This document shows positions 12,451 to 25,625 of a stretch of 64,000 bases of DNA, one piece after another. Source of the stretch: Kudoa neothunni (taxonomy: Eukaryota > Animalia > Cnidaria). A program made the translations under genes and the position numbers. Below the pieces are notes generated by a model. The model made no database searches. It was not told the DNA's origin and saw only the letters and a program-made list of their open reading frames with translations. The first letter of the stretch is position 1. The number at the start of each line of letters is the position of its first letter. Where the stretch lies: the NCBI GenBank assembly GCA_964304625.1, contig OZ199840.1:2280587-2344586 (forward strand), read 5' to 3'.

Positions 12451-13241
12451 TAATAAGGTAGGATGTGGCACCTAAAAAACACCCTTTTGCGCATCGTTTT
12501 TTTGCCGATTCTTCTGCGATTTTTTATATTAAAATAGAAGAATACCGAGAGGAAATTTACAGCTAATTATGATGGCATCTAATTTTGGCACAAAATCCCG
12601 AATACTACATTGTCGGCACATGTGGAATCATCGTTAAATTTCCAATAACCATTAAAAACCCATTTTATTGTTTTAACATTAACTTCTAGGTTTATTAATG
12701 TCTTAATAACATTTTTTGGGAATTGATCGTCTCAAAATTATACGCCTCAGCCGTTTAATTAAGCCTTACGCATCTTATTTTAAATTATTTTCTCTATTTT
12801 TTGATGTATGTCGACTATGAATCTATTAAGATAACAATACAATTAATCATCACTTATTTTAGTTTATAAATTTTTTTGGCTAATTTATTTGAATTATAAA
12901 AAAAGTTATAATCATTTTATCATAAAACTTTTATCATGAAATTTTTATAGCGGCAATACAATAAATCTTTAATCTTCATTCCATTCGATATCTTTCAAAA
13001 AAAATCTGTTAACAATTCATTTTTAAAGAAACACTCTTAACGAAAGTTATTATACAAAATAAAAGAAGCAACGTAAATAGGAATTTAGCATTATAGTATT
13101 AATTATACATTATACTCTGCACTTTATTTTTTAGATACAAATGATCTTTTTATTTGATGTTCAATTTTTTGTCATTTTTATAAATATAACGATTGTATCT
13201 TAAGCCTTATATGTTACAATGTACCAAATTTTTGAAGACAA

Positions 13242-13425
13242 TCTACTATATAAATAAAGCAAACCGGAAATCCGTGTGTACGCATTTTTCATTCTTTATA
13301 GAAGGACATATCCCTCCATTTGAGCTCACATATGGAAAGATAAAATTTTCTTTTAACACAGAAAATACGTAAAAAATTATAAAAGGTTTTCACCCCGCAA
13401 AATGACTAAAAACTTTTTCACGTGA
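13242..13425 (+). repeat. 5' part of a non-autonomous Helitron-like repeat (homologous to 29343-29500)
   Basis: A|TC start and TATATA tract; shares gtacgcatttttcatt...catatggaaagataaaatt...aaaatacgtaaaaaattat with the 29343 element. Confidence 0.6.
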
Positions 13426-15788
13426 TATGATTGGTTTGATTTGAGAATTTATGCAAACATATAGATCATTTCGTTAAAATTATTAAAAAGTAATTTAATA
13501 ATTAAAATAGTTAAAATAAGGAAGGTAATATTACCTTATGTAGCCAATAACTAATATGAAATTCATTTGTTGATGTTTAACAAGATTAGTCCTATTCATA
13601 TGGTATGATTTAGAGATTACTGCAAACAACAAGGAGAAAATCGATTATTGAGAGCTCGAACTTATCTATTCCGCTATAACTCAGTATATCGAATAAATGA
13701 ACAGTATTTTGAAGGTTTAAACGTTTTTTATGGAAAATTGATGAGAATCCCACTACTGTTTGTTTCAGATGTATGAAACTGTTGCCACATTCATTCTGAA
13801 TGTTCACGGATCTTATTCCCATCAAATGTCCTATTTTATTGCGCAAATGATAGTTAAAATATTTATTACATGATATAAATGTGAAATCTACTCAAACGTT
13901 AAACTTTAATCGAAAATTGTCATTGCAGATTTTAAGAATACAGTTTTCGTAGGATTATTAGGTTTACTACACGGATATTAGTTGTTTTACAGCTGAATCT
14001 AACTATGAGATTACACCTATTTTTATTTTATTAAATTAAATATTTTTTATGGTTAGAATGGAGTATTAAGAATTTTTAGTACATTAGAGGTTTAAGGGTT
14101 AATATTAAAATTATTTAAATTCGTAATCAGTTTTATTCTATTTTAAAAGGATAATGAAACAACTTTTTAATATCATTCTCGGAATAATTCCTGTATATTA
14201 GCAGGAGTTTTCCATAAAGTAATGAAACGTATAATCATTAATTTATTTAAAAATTTACATTAACATTTTGTCACGGATTTTATATTGTTGTCATGGCTTT
14301 TATTCCTATATCGTGATCATACGTGATAATTATTTACGGAAAAATAAAATCGACGTACACACCTTAATTTTTACAATAACTTCCTGTAATCTTCTTACGT
14401 GGGACATCTAGAATATATTTAACAAAAAATAAGGAAATATGACGTTTTTTCTTATTGTATAATAAATAATGATTTCTTATTGCTCACGCTACTTTTATTT
14501 CAAGTCTAAAATTGAGTCAAAAAAGGTTAAGAACTATTAATATGAAACAGATGGACAAAAGTTTAATTATATTTGTTCACTCTAAAGCAAATATGATTTT
14601 TTTAATAGAGAATGAGAATTTGAATACACCCAATTGAAGTAACTATAATGATAAAGGTAAAGTTGTATACTAAATAAGTAAAAAAATAATAATTTCAGAT
14701 ATCATTCAATTAAATGAAAAAACATCTTAATAACTAGCTATTTTAAAAATATGTCAATATGTTTTGTTTTGTACAAGTGCACATGAAGCGTATATTTATT
14801 TTACATCATTTTTCTAATCCTCCAAAAAGTGCGTAATAACCAGTTGTGACTTCACAATGTGTTCGAAGATAATATATCGAAATAATTTATTTAACATTGA
14901 TTTTTTCATCCTGTAATATCGTAAATAAATGATTTTGAAATCCATAATAGAAAGCATTGTAACACTTAAATTAAGGCGAAGAAGAATTAATTATGTTATA
15001 AGACAAAAATAATCGTGTAGATTTTTATCATGCCGAGTCTTCCAAAATGAATTTAAGTACTTTAACGATAGTTTACAGTATTTATAATAAAGAACGCACT
15101 TTTTTATTGCTTGTAATATTAGTAAAAAAAATTTTTATTGAATTTAGTAAATACCTAAGTTTATATATTATAAATATTTTCTAAATATATATCGATCGAA
15201 TAGTAAAAAAATATAGCTAAAAGTTGTACATAAAAAATTAAACATCAACTGACTCGATCAATAAATACACGTTGTAACGATGAATAGGGTTAAATAATAA
15301 TTTTATATATGCGCCGTAAAGAGAGCTGCTACAGTCTACAAATTATCAATGGTTTATTTAAGATGCATAACTAAGGTAATATATTGTTATAATTAACCTC
15401 AAAAATGATGTTGAATAAATCATAAAATATATATTGATAATATAAATAAAGTTAATTTAAATTTTTGATTCCATCCATATTGAAAATTCTGAAAATGTAA
15501 ATTTTTAAAACAACATAATATGAAACAAATGTTGCTTTAAAGAGTCGTCCGTTAGTTAAACGATAAATTTATAATTTATATCCAAATCGAACTGTATTTG
15601 GATTCCACTATAAAAATTTTACATATAATGATTTAATTTTATAATGCAATTAAGATTTCTTGTTTATAAATAACCATAAATAATAAAATCTAATTTATAA
15701 AACGAATGTATCGGTTTATCTAAATTTCACTAAGGCCAAAATCACTCTAAAAATTTATTGTAAATATGTCCGGTTTAATGTAAAAATA

Positions 15789-18700
15789 TTACAGTACAAC
15801 GATCAAGCATCCAAACAGCGAGAGTAAAACAATCAATAAAATCTCTTAAATATATTTACAAACAAAATTTGATCAATTGATTACTTTCTTTTGTTTTGTT
15901 TAATGGTTTGACTTGAGCACCTGACTCTCTATTATTTAAAATTATTTATAAAACAAAAATTATATATATAAATTATAACAATTTATTTTGTATTTAAGCT
16001 GTCAATAATTGTTTTCAAAGTTATAAATACGTTTTTTTATCTTTTTCACTCTCATATTCATTTTGTTCGGTTGTTCCATCTTTATTGTTATCAGTCTCTG
16101 TTGCCTTGGTGGTTTCATACGTATTTTCTTTTGGAATATCAGATGTTTCTCTATCAGTTTGTTCATTAATAGTTTCTTTTGGAGCGTGTGTAGTTTCTTT
16201 TGGAGCGTGTGTAGTTTCTTTTGGAGCGTGTGTAGTTTCTTTTGGAGCGTGTGTAGTTTCTTTTGGAGCGTGTGTAGTTTCTTTTGGAGCGTGTGTAGTT
16301 TCTTTTGGAGCGTGTGTAGTTTCTTTTGGAGCGTGTGTAGTTTCTTTTGGAGCGTGTGTAGTTTCTTTTGGAGCGTGTGTAGTTTCTTTTGGAGCGTGTG
16401 TAGTTTCTTTTGGAGCGTGTGTAGTTTCTTTTGGAGCGTGTGTAGTTTCTTGTGAAGCGTGTGTAGTTTCTTTTGGAGCGTGTGTAGTTTCTTTTGGAGC
16501 GTGTGTAGTTTCTTTTGGAGCGTGTGTAGTTTCTTTTGGAGCGTGTGTAGTTTCTTGTGAAGCGTGTGTAGTTTCTTTTGGAGCGTGTGTAGTTTCTTTT
16601 GGAGCGTGTGTAGTTTCTTTTGGAGCGTGTGTAGTTTCTTTTGGAGCGTGTGTAGTTTCTTTTGGAGCGTGTGTAGTTTCTTTTGGAGCGTGTGTAGTTT
16701 CTTTTGGAGCGTGTGTAGTTTCTTTTGGAGCGTGTGTAGTTTCTTTTGGAGCGTGTGTAGTTTCTTTTGGAGCGTGTGTAGTTTCTTTTGGAGCGTGTGT
16801 AGTTTCTTTTGGAGCGTGTGTAGTTTCTTTTGGAGCGTGTGTAGTTTCTTTTGGAGCGTGTGTAGTTTCTTTTGAAGCGTGTGTAGTTTCTTTTGGAGCG
16901 TGTGTAGTTTCTTGTGAAGCGTGTGTAGTTTCTTGTGAAGCGTGTGTAGTTTCTTTTGGAGCGTGTGTAGTTTCTTTTGGAGCGTGTGTAGTTTCTTTTG
17001 GAGCGTGTGTAGTTTCTTGTGAAGCGTGTGTAGTTTCTTTTGGAGCGTGTGTAGTTTCTTTTGGAGCGTGTGTAGTTTCTTTTGGAGCGTGTGTAGTTTC
17101 TTTTGGAGCGTGTGTAGTTTCTTGTGAAGCGTGTGTAGTTTCTTTTGGAGCGTGTGTAGTTTCTTTTGGAGCGTGTGTAGTTTCTTTTGGAGCGTGTGTA
17201 GTTTCTTTTGGAGCGTGTGTAGTTTCTTTTGGAGCGTGTGTAGTTTCTTTTGGAGCGTGTGTAGTTTCTTTTGGAGCGTGTGTAGTTTCTTTTGGAGCGT
17301 GTGTAGTTTCTTTTGGAGCGTGTGTAGTTTCTTTTGGAGCGTGTGTAGTTTCTTTTGGAGCGTGTGTAGTTTCTTTTGGAGCGTGTGTAGTTTCTTTTGG
17401 AGCGTGTGTAGTTTCTTTTGGAGCGTGTGTAGTTTCTTTTGAAGCGTGTGTAGTTTCTTTTGGAGCGTGTGTAGTTTCTTGTGAAGCGTGTGTAGTTTCT
17501 TGTGAAGCGTGTGTAGTTTCTTTTGGAGCGTGTGTAGTTTCTTTTGGAGCGTGTGTAGTTTCTTTTGGAGCGTGTGTAGTTTCTTTTGGAGCGTGTGTAG
17601 TTTCTTTTGGAGCGTGTGTAGTTTCTTTTGGAGCGTGTGTAGTTTCTTTTGAAGCGTGTGTAGTTTCTTTTGAAGCGTGTGTAGTTTCTTTTGGAGCGTG
17701 TGTAGTTTCTTTTGGAGCGTGTGTAGTTTCTTTTGGAGCGTGTGTAGTTTCTTTTGGAGCGTGTGTAGTTTCTTTTGGAGCGTGTGTAGTTTCTTTTGGA
17801 GCGTGTGTAGTTTCTTTTGGAGCGTGTGTAGTTTCTTTTGGAGCGTGTGTAGTTTCTTTTGGAGCGTGTGTAGTTTCTTTTGGAGCGTGTGTAGTTTCTT
17901 TTGGAGCGTGTGTAGTTTCTTTTGGAGCGTGTGTAGTTTCTTTTGGAGCGTGTGTAGTTTCTTTTGGAGCGTGTGTAGTTTCTTTTGGAGCGTGTGTAGT
18001 TTCTTTTGGAGCGTGTGTAGTTTCTTTTGGAGCGTATGTAGTTTCTTTTGGAGCGTGTGTAGTTTCTTTTGGAGCGTGTGTAGTTTCTTTTGAAGCGTAT
18101 GTAGTCTCCTCATGTTGAGGTTTAGTCGTCGTGTCAAGAGAGTTTGGTAGTTTGTTTTCGTCGTTGGGATCTATTGGATTACTTTTTGGTTGTTCTGGGG
18201 TTAGTTCACCGAAAATTCCGAGATTTTCTGGTCTAGAAAAAATTAATCCAGTCGATAAAATAATATTACATTTTATAGGTTGAACACTTCCCTTCCTTGT
18301 TACAATACTAGAGGAGGTGAATTTAGAATTTTTAATATAATTTCATTAATACTTGGTTGTATGAACATGAGACGTCCTTACAAAGACTAAAATCCTTGTA
18401 TTCACTCTCACATTTTCCCATCACACACACCTATATTTATTTACTCCTTGTTTTGAAGTTATATTACTATTCCTTCTGGACAATGAATATTTTCACATGT
18501 CAAGCGATTCTTCTGTGCGTTAATGCACCTATTATTAAGACACATCTAAATCATTTTCAATGAGTAAAATTCATAACACAAATACACTGTTTTCAGAGCA
18601 TTTATGCCCATTAGGGACAAAACCCAAGAAATTATCAGACTCTGTGGGTATCACAAATCTATCATTATTATAAATATATCTCAAATACGAAAACAATTAC

Positions 18701-20549
18701 GGGCATAATCCATCAGATGTACTCAGTTTGTAATATGTTCCAAAAATAATTGCGTCTGGTGGCGCAAAACAGTTTAATAAACCACAGTAAGAAATACTAA
18801 TAGTAATTAATATAAATTAAAATTCCTTGTGATATGATAACACATTTTCACATCTTTTATCGTAATTAACTTTACCTATGACAGAATTTATGTATTAATA
18901 CTGAATTATTGTCTTACTCGAATTGTGTAACTGATGACATTGTTGATTAGCATTAGGACACTTACCATCGACACAATAAGCCTTACATATTATTAATACA
19001 ATCCCAGTCATCAAGTTAATTTACCAATCCAGAATTACATGGTGTTCCATCTGGTTTGATATTAGAGGATGGACACTATAATTAATTCAAATATAAATTT
19101 CAATAAACAATAATTTTTATTTTAATTACAAATGGACTTTTTCCGTTACAAGTTTCCTGCATGTGACACTGATCACCTTTTCGGCATACGTTCCCTTTCT
19201 TGAGCTGTTTAGTAGTTAAAATGGTTACACCATAACTAATAACGTATGAAAGGTTAATAGTTGTCTACCTGACAAGAAGAACAACACTCTCCTTTAGAAC
19301 ATTGAGCATGAGATTTAAGTTTACATGTACTCATATCGCAACATTCATTTTCTCCGCTTATTATACAATTTGCTTCAAACCCGCAGTCACATTCTTCACC
19401 GGGATCCACCATCCCATTGCCGCATACATGAAATGTTTCAAAATTAACATTTTTCTAATTAGCAACAATAAAAATCATTAAATTATTAATTATATACCAA
19501 CAAGAAATCATTTTTATGATAATTGTCAAAGTGTTTTTTTATATAATCAAAACCTTTCACACTAAATCCGGGAGGATATGGGATATTATCTGGCCTAGAT
19601 TATTAAATAAATGAATAATACTATTAGCAATAATATACCATCCACTTGAACTTGGCCTCATAAGGCATCTCAGATTTATATCAAAACATTTGCTGCCTTG
19701 AGATGGAAATTCAAACACAAATATTCTAATAAATAAGATACTCCCGTGAGGAATGTGAGGCGATCCAAATAAATGGCCTAATTCGTGAGAAAATGTTACG
19801 TGATCAATCCATCTATTTAACGGTTCTTGTATTGAAATCTTTTATATATTGATAAAAATAAAATATTTAAATTTATACTTGAACTACAGCTGAACCGAAA
19901 ACAGGATTATGGTTAAAATTAAAATTCGCTATACCTGACGGTCCCCCTCCCTCATAAAAATATCGGTAACTAGAATAAATTATTATAATAATTATATTTT
20001 TTGTTACATAAACAATATGTGATATCCACTTCGTATAGATGTAGTTTTGAGAAACTTTCGAAATTCAATCCCCATAATAGTTAAAATGGATTTGGGCTCT
20101 TGAAAATTGCTACCTTTAAATGACTTCACAACTAGTTTAATGTTATGCCAAGCATAGGTCTATAATAATTTTATAGAAACAATTTTCATTAAGGACGTTA
20201 CAGTCATTGACTTTATGACGACATCTCTCATATATGCGGGTTCTTTTAAATCAAGCTTCATCTAAAACAGATTAAACTACGATGTAAAATTTGTATACTG
20301 TGCTTTTGGCTTTGTGGATATGAATGTGGGCGTATTTTGTTTTTTCCATACGCTTAAGATAGTTTTGATCTCTCCACAACTATTTAATTATCATCATCAT
20401 TTAATAAAACTAAATTTTTACTTCGGTGGCACAAATTCCATATCTTATAATAACTATTTTAAAGTTTTATAATTGTGAACTGATAATTGATATTTACCAC
20501 TTAATACAAGAAATACAAGTAAAACCTTTGGCATATTAACTTTGCTCAT
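15789..20549 (-). CDS. ADAM/reprolysin (M12B) metalloprotease-disintegrin with mucin-like ETTHAPK stalk and GPI-like C-terminal signal
   Basis: Spliced reading shows the Zn motif [11 protein letters not shown] (19787-19755), Met-turn RCLMRP, disintegrin [15 protein letters not shown]...[21 protein letters not shown], and Cys-rich/EGF-like exons. Exon 18232-16031 is entered in phase 2, which fixes the frame as (ETTHAPK)n. The last exons (15928-15885, 15844-15789) give [33 protein letters not shown]. The 5' start ([17 protein letters not shown] at 20549) is uncertain. Confidence 0.88.
16171..18105 (-). repeat. Coding minisatellite, 21-bp unit x ~92 (ETTHAPK; variants [28 protein letters not shown])
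   Basis: Plus-strand unit AGTTTCTTTTGGAGCGTGTGT. The count of 92 comes from the 644-codon repeat span. The variant pattern recurs with a 567-bp (27-unit) offset. Confidence 0.98.
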
Positions 20550-21895
20550 TATTTATGGATTAATTTTTATGTTTTACTTTTTGTCAAGTGTATTACCAAA
20601 AATATGCCTATTATTGATTAATATTAGTAATATCTCAATAAATAAAAATATAATTTTCTAAAATCACTTGAAAAAGTATGATAAATTTTTCAAATTCATG
20701 TAATATTTAAAATATAAGTTATAACATAGAACGTAAAGTTTTAATCCAAAAAATCAGGGAGGATGCTCGCAGAATGAAGTCAGAACTCCCATTAAAACAG
20801 ATTAAGTCATATCCTATTATGTAATTTCCCCTTATCCTGGAGTAAAATTATATTCTAAAATAAGTCGAACATTTATTATTTATTATATTAAATTGTTAAT
20901 GTTTAATTTGTAAATTATTTCATTATATTTATCATATGCCAGCAGTATTAATAGTAATTCTAATAAGAGTCTTTTTAATGTGTATAGTTAATTATTTGTG
21001 TAATTACTAAAAACAACTTAATAGATAGATTTAATCAATCGATCGAAATATTATATATCACAAAAATATTTTTAATCAGAATATATAATCCTTGGTTATT
21101 CAATTAAGGCGTGGATGCACGGATTGAGTCATCCCATTACCAAAGTACGTATAGTGAGTATATTGGGAATAAAATTTAGATAATGAAATCTGTGATTATT
21201 AATCAGTATAATTACAGTGGGAAGTCTATTTTGAAAAATCCCTTCTGAACCATTAAAAAGTATGTAAAATCGGTTGCAATTTTTTTCACATACTTTTTGC
21301 GCATACACATAATAGTTAAGTATATCATTTTTGGAAATTTTTAAAATAAATTATTGTTCGTTTTATTGAAAATTTTCTGTTGAATAAAAGTTCTATAACA
21401 GGAAAAAACCAAATGATACGTAGTTTAAATAATTGAACAAATCGATTATTTTGGATTGGCTAATATTTTGATCCATTATAACATATAGATAAAAAATCTA
21501 TATATTTTTAAATTAGCAGTAAAATTTGGATCTTTTTCGGAAATTGTCATTTAGAGTAGTTGTATGTTAATGCTGAAATGTTTCTCATCAGCCATCTTGA
21601 TGTTTTGAATGAAATTTTCATAGTATTTATTATTTTTACCTTTGCTTGCAGACATATATATAATTTTTTGAGAATAATTGTATGTTGGATCAACAAATTT
21701 CCTCCAAAAAATGTATTAAATCCAAAAATCACGTGATTGCAAAAGCATATATTTTACATCATGTACAGTCAACTATTTTAACTAAAGTACCGTTGAGTTG
21801 AATATATTTTAATGCATAAACCTAAGAAATACTTAAAATTATAATCAAATAATTTTATAAAAAGTGTACAATATCGATTACCAACTATATTTAAA
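20344..21895 (-). repeat. 5' region of the ADAM gene, duplicated at ~59960-61580
   Basis: Colinear high similarity by eye, e.g. cttaagatagttttgatctctccacaactattt and ggattgagtcatcccattac in both copies, same orientation. Confidence 0.9.
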
Positions 21896-24800
21896 TTATA
21901 TCTTTAACTTTAATCTGTTAATTATTTGAATAGCGATAAATTTATAAACTGTGATTTCTTCAATCAATAATAAATTATAAAATATTATTAATTTTTTTAA
22001 AATAATATTACAAGAATTCATCTGAATATAATGAATATAATATATATGCGTGAAAGCTTGAATTAACATTTTAAATCTTCATAATAAATTTGAGATGTAA
22101 CAGAATTAGAGAATATTTTCATATTTTCGCATTAACCTTCTTTGTACGACGAGCGTGACCATAATTCGAAAGCCGATGAGGTCATTTTTGACCCCAGATC
22201 AAATTAATCTCAAACGTTTCAAATTTTTACCAAGTTAAATCAGCACATCTTTTAAAATAATTTCACGCTATTAATAGGTAAAATGGTTTCTGATTTCCAG
22301 AAATATTGATGTTAATTTGGGCACGCGCAAATAGGTTACCTACCCACAATTCAATGAGAGTTTGAATCATATAAACAAAAATAACGCCGTATTAATTAAT
22401 TTAAGATTAAAATGAGCTGTGATGAGAAACATCTTCGTTACCAATTGGAAGACTAAGAATTGATTAAGTATATTTTGATTAGACAATGCACTTTTGTTCG
22501 TGACAACATTTTTTCTAAATTTCTAATTATTCCTTGATTCGTTCTTTACATTCAAGAAATTTTGTTTCATTCGCGTACGCGCCACCTTGACAGTTTGAAA
22601 TTAGTCGTTTGATTGAATAGAGTATCAAGATACTTTATTCAAAAAAGGACTTTTTTATTAACATATTGAGGATTTAATGTATGACGTCACATATTTTATA
22701 ATAATGATAAACCATCTTATATATCAATATTTGTATATTTATTATAAACTTTTTACAAAACTACTTCAATTAGTTAATAAATTTTTATAATGACCAAATG
22801 GTCAGATTTTTAAGTTCACTACAATAATAATGTGCAAAACAAATTAGTTCAAAATTAATTTTTAAATATTTATATAATATCATGTTTAATATTATTAAAG
22901 TTAACTATTATAGTTTTAGTTTTCTATTTTGTAACGAATGTAAAATACGCATATATAAATTTAAATAGGCTAAATGAAAGGATTAGTGTATCTTTGGAAT
23001 TTTTTCAAGATATTTTTCAATGTAGGTATTTCCGATACTGAAATAAACTAGGCTATTCGCGCTAGTTTGCTAATATAGTAGATGTAGATGCACGCTATTT
23101 TAACTAATCCTCAAACATTTAAATGATTCCGTTAATATTGAAATTTCGAGAATTTAATAGTCTCGATAATCGCATCTATAAACCCCAATTTGATATGTAC
23201 TCCAGGAGTATTGACGATGTGAAAAAAGGTTCAATAATAGTGCTCTCTATTAATGGAAAATATCCAGCATTAGGTCAAAGGAATGATACAATTTTCAATG
23301 CATGTTTAAATTTATATAAATATTAACTTATAATGATTAAATTCCTACCAAGCTGTAACGTTAACTATGTAGTAGGAAGAATTTGAATGTTCTATTCGTA
23401 GGAAATCACGTTATTTTGTCTTTAAAATCTATCAACATTACGCATTACATTTTTTCACCACGTTCAAGATTTTTAAAAATTGTATTAATAGGTTTATATG
23501 TTTTTATATCAACCAGATCGATTTGTATATAATGTATAATTCGAATTGAGAAAAATTATTATGAATACGGTTTCGTAATGTAAATAACAAAATATTTATT
23601 ATTGTTTGCATAAGGATTGATATATTATTAGTATAAAATTTTCGGTGTCATGATTTTGATATATCTCAAAAATTAAAACGTTTTCTTCAAAACTCGTGAA
23701 TATGGTTTCGTTCGCGATTAGTACCTAAACTGAGGCATGGCTTTAATTCGTGATAACACGAACACGAATGAATACTTGTAAGTGTATTGTCTTATTTTGA
23801 TGGTCCCATTTCTTTTAAAAACGCTGTCTCTAGACTCTGATGAAAATTCTTTTCTAGGTATCATGTCATGTTACAAAAATATTTTAGGTATTGTACAAAT
23901 ATAGACATTTTGTAAAGATGTTGGAAATGATTATTGTTGTTATAAACAGTATGATGATTAATGTTTTTTTGATAATACTTTATCCTTAATTTTTTCAGTT
24001 TTTAAATTAAAAAATATAACTCAATACATCCGATTCACCGATTTGAAGTGCAAAAGTGTGTATTAAAATTTCCCGATTAAATTGACCCTTCATTCTTTAC
24101 AGTGGATGAAAAAAATCGCCATCCAACAAATTCTACACGAATAATAACAAATTAATGTAGAATTCCTATTTTTGATCCTATGACAATGAAAGCATCTGTT
24201 ACAATGCTTTTTTTGAAGAATCAAAATCATATTTATAGGGAATGTCAGATCCCGATATTGAATTAAGCGTAATTTGTATAAGCTATTCGTATCGTTGTAT
24301 GTATATGTATTATTCGAGCTCATATTGCTTAAGTAAAAAGTAAATATCACATTTAGAGAATAAATTACTACAAAAAATTAAGAAAGTTACGTCTCACAAA
24401 TACAGAAGGAATGTTAATCTGCTTGTGTAAAAAATCGAGGGTAGGTTAAAATGTAGAATAGTGGCCACATGTACCGATTAAAGATAATGATAAGATTGAA
24501 TGGATTTCATCCAATAAAATTATCTTTGATATTAACGTTATTCATTTGATACAATTAATTAGTTAATGCTTATATAAAAAATGAAATTCTTATAGACATT
24601 GAATTAATAGTAGCCAATTGCTAAGGATGAAATATGACGTTTGATAAAAATCATAGCTGTCACACTCAAATTTTAGGATAAATACAAAAATTAAAATAAT
24701 CAACAGGTTAGATTTTTATCATGGTCGATGATTTGGATTTGGACAATTATTCTATATTTTAACAAAACTATTTTATTTCTTTTAAAATATCAGCTAAACT

Positions 24801-25625
24801 ACAGTACCTGTGCACGAACTTCGGGCGGTGTCGCATACAACATCGGAAATAAAGTCGTTTCCTACAATTCGTCCTGTTAATTCACTTCTTTTTCAAAAGT
24901 TTTTTCATTATTGTTCTTATCATAAAAAATTACATTATATAGTTAAATTTAGATCAAAATGAATTAATCTATAAAGTGGAAATAAATTTTAAGTCGAGCA
25001 CATTCGGATTCACATGGAATATCTATGTATCTATGTTGTTGATAAATTCCTCGAAAAAATTATTATTTCTCTATAATTTTAACAAATTCGAAGTCATTAA
25101 TTGTTCACTGAATTCTTTTTTATTTGTATCTTTTAGTAATAAGTTTGTAGATGTTCAATCACGTGACATCGTACTTTCAAAACAGAACTTTCTGATTTAT
25201 TCTATTAATAATTAAAATGAAGATGATTTAATTTAACTATAGCGTAAATTAATGTGGTTTTTAGTTTTTAAATTTTTCAGCATAGTTTATTCATGATAAA
25301 AAAAATGTTATAACAATATTGGTTCCAAAATTCCAACATGAAAATTTTTAATTTATTTGATTAAGTTGACTTTTTATTTATCCACATTAAATAACTAAAA
25401 AAAAATATTCAATAATTAATTTTTAATTAAAATTAACTTTAAAGTAGAGAAATTGTCACAAATAAAAATGTACAATTTTTAGTAATATTAAATTAAACCA
25501 ACTGTGGATAATAAAGAGTTCCAAGCATTTTTATTTTTTTTATCTTAACAATAAAACATGATGTAAAAACTCAAAATAAACGTTTATTAGTTGATTTTTT
25601 GATATATAATGAAATATTAAGTCAT

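Noticed and set aside
13600-15300. Possible piggyBac remnant (GGGTTAA ends, Cys-rich snippet near 14770-14870)
   Set aside because: No paired TIRs or recognisable catalytic motifs; too decayed to support.
16171-18105. CRISPR-like or telomeric array
   Set aside because: No unique spacers, eukaryotic context, and the array sits inside a coding exon.
16002-18137. 711-aa (LHTLQKK)n coiled-coil-like ORF and plus-strand (CVVSFGA)n / (CSFFWSV)n ORFs
   Set aside because: Shadow frames of a stop-free 21-bp repeat. The upstream exon phase and the downstream GPI-like exons select the ETTHAPK frame.
21900-25600. Short ORFs (23123-23326, 24090-24350, 24976-25215) and isolated TE-end-like motifs
   Set aside because: No domain motifs or consistent splice chain; compatible with chance ORFs in AT-rich DNA.
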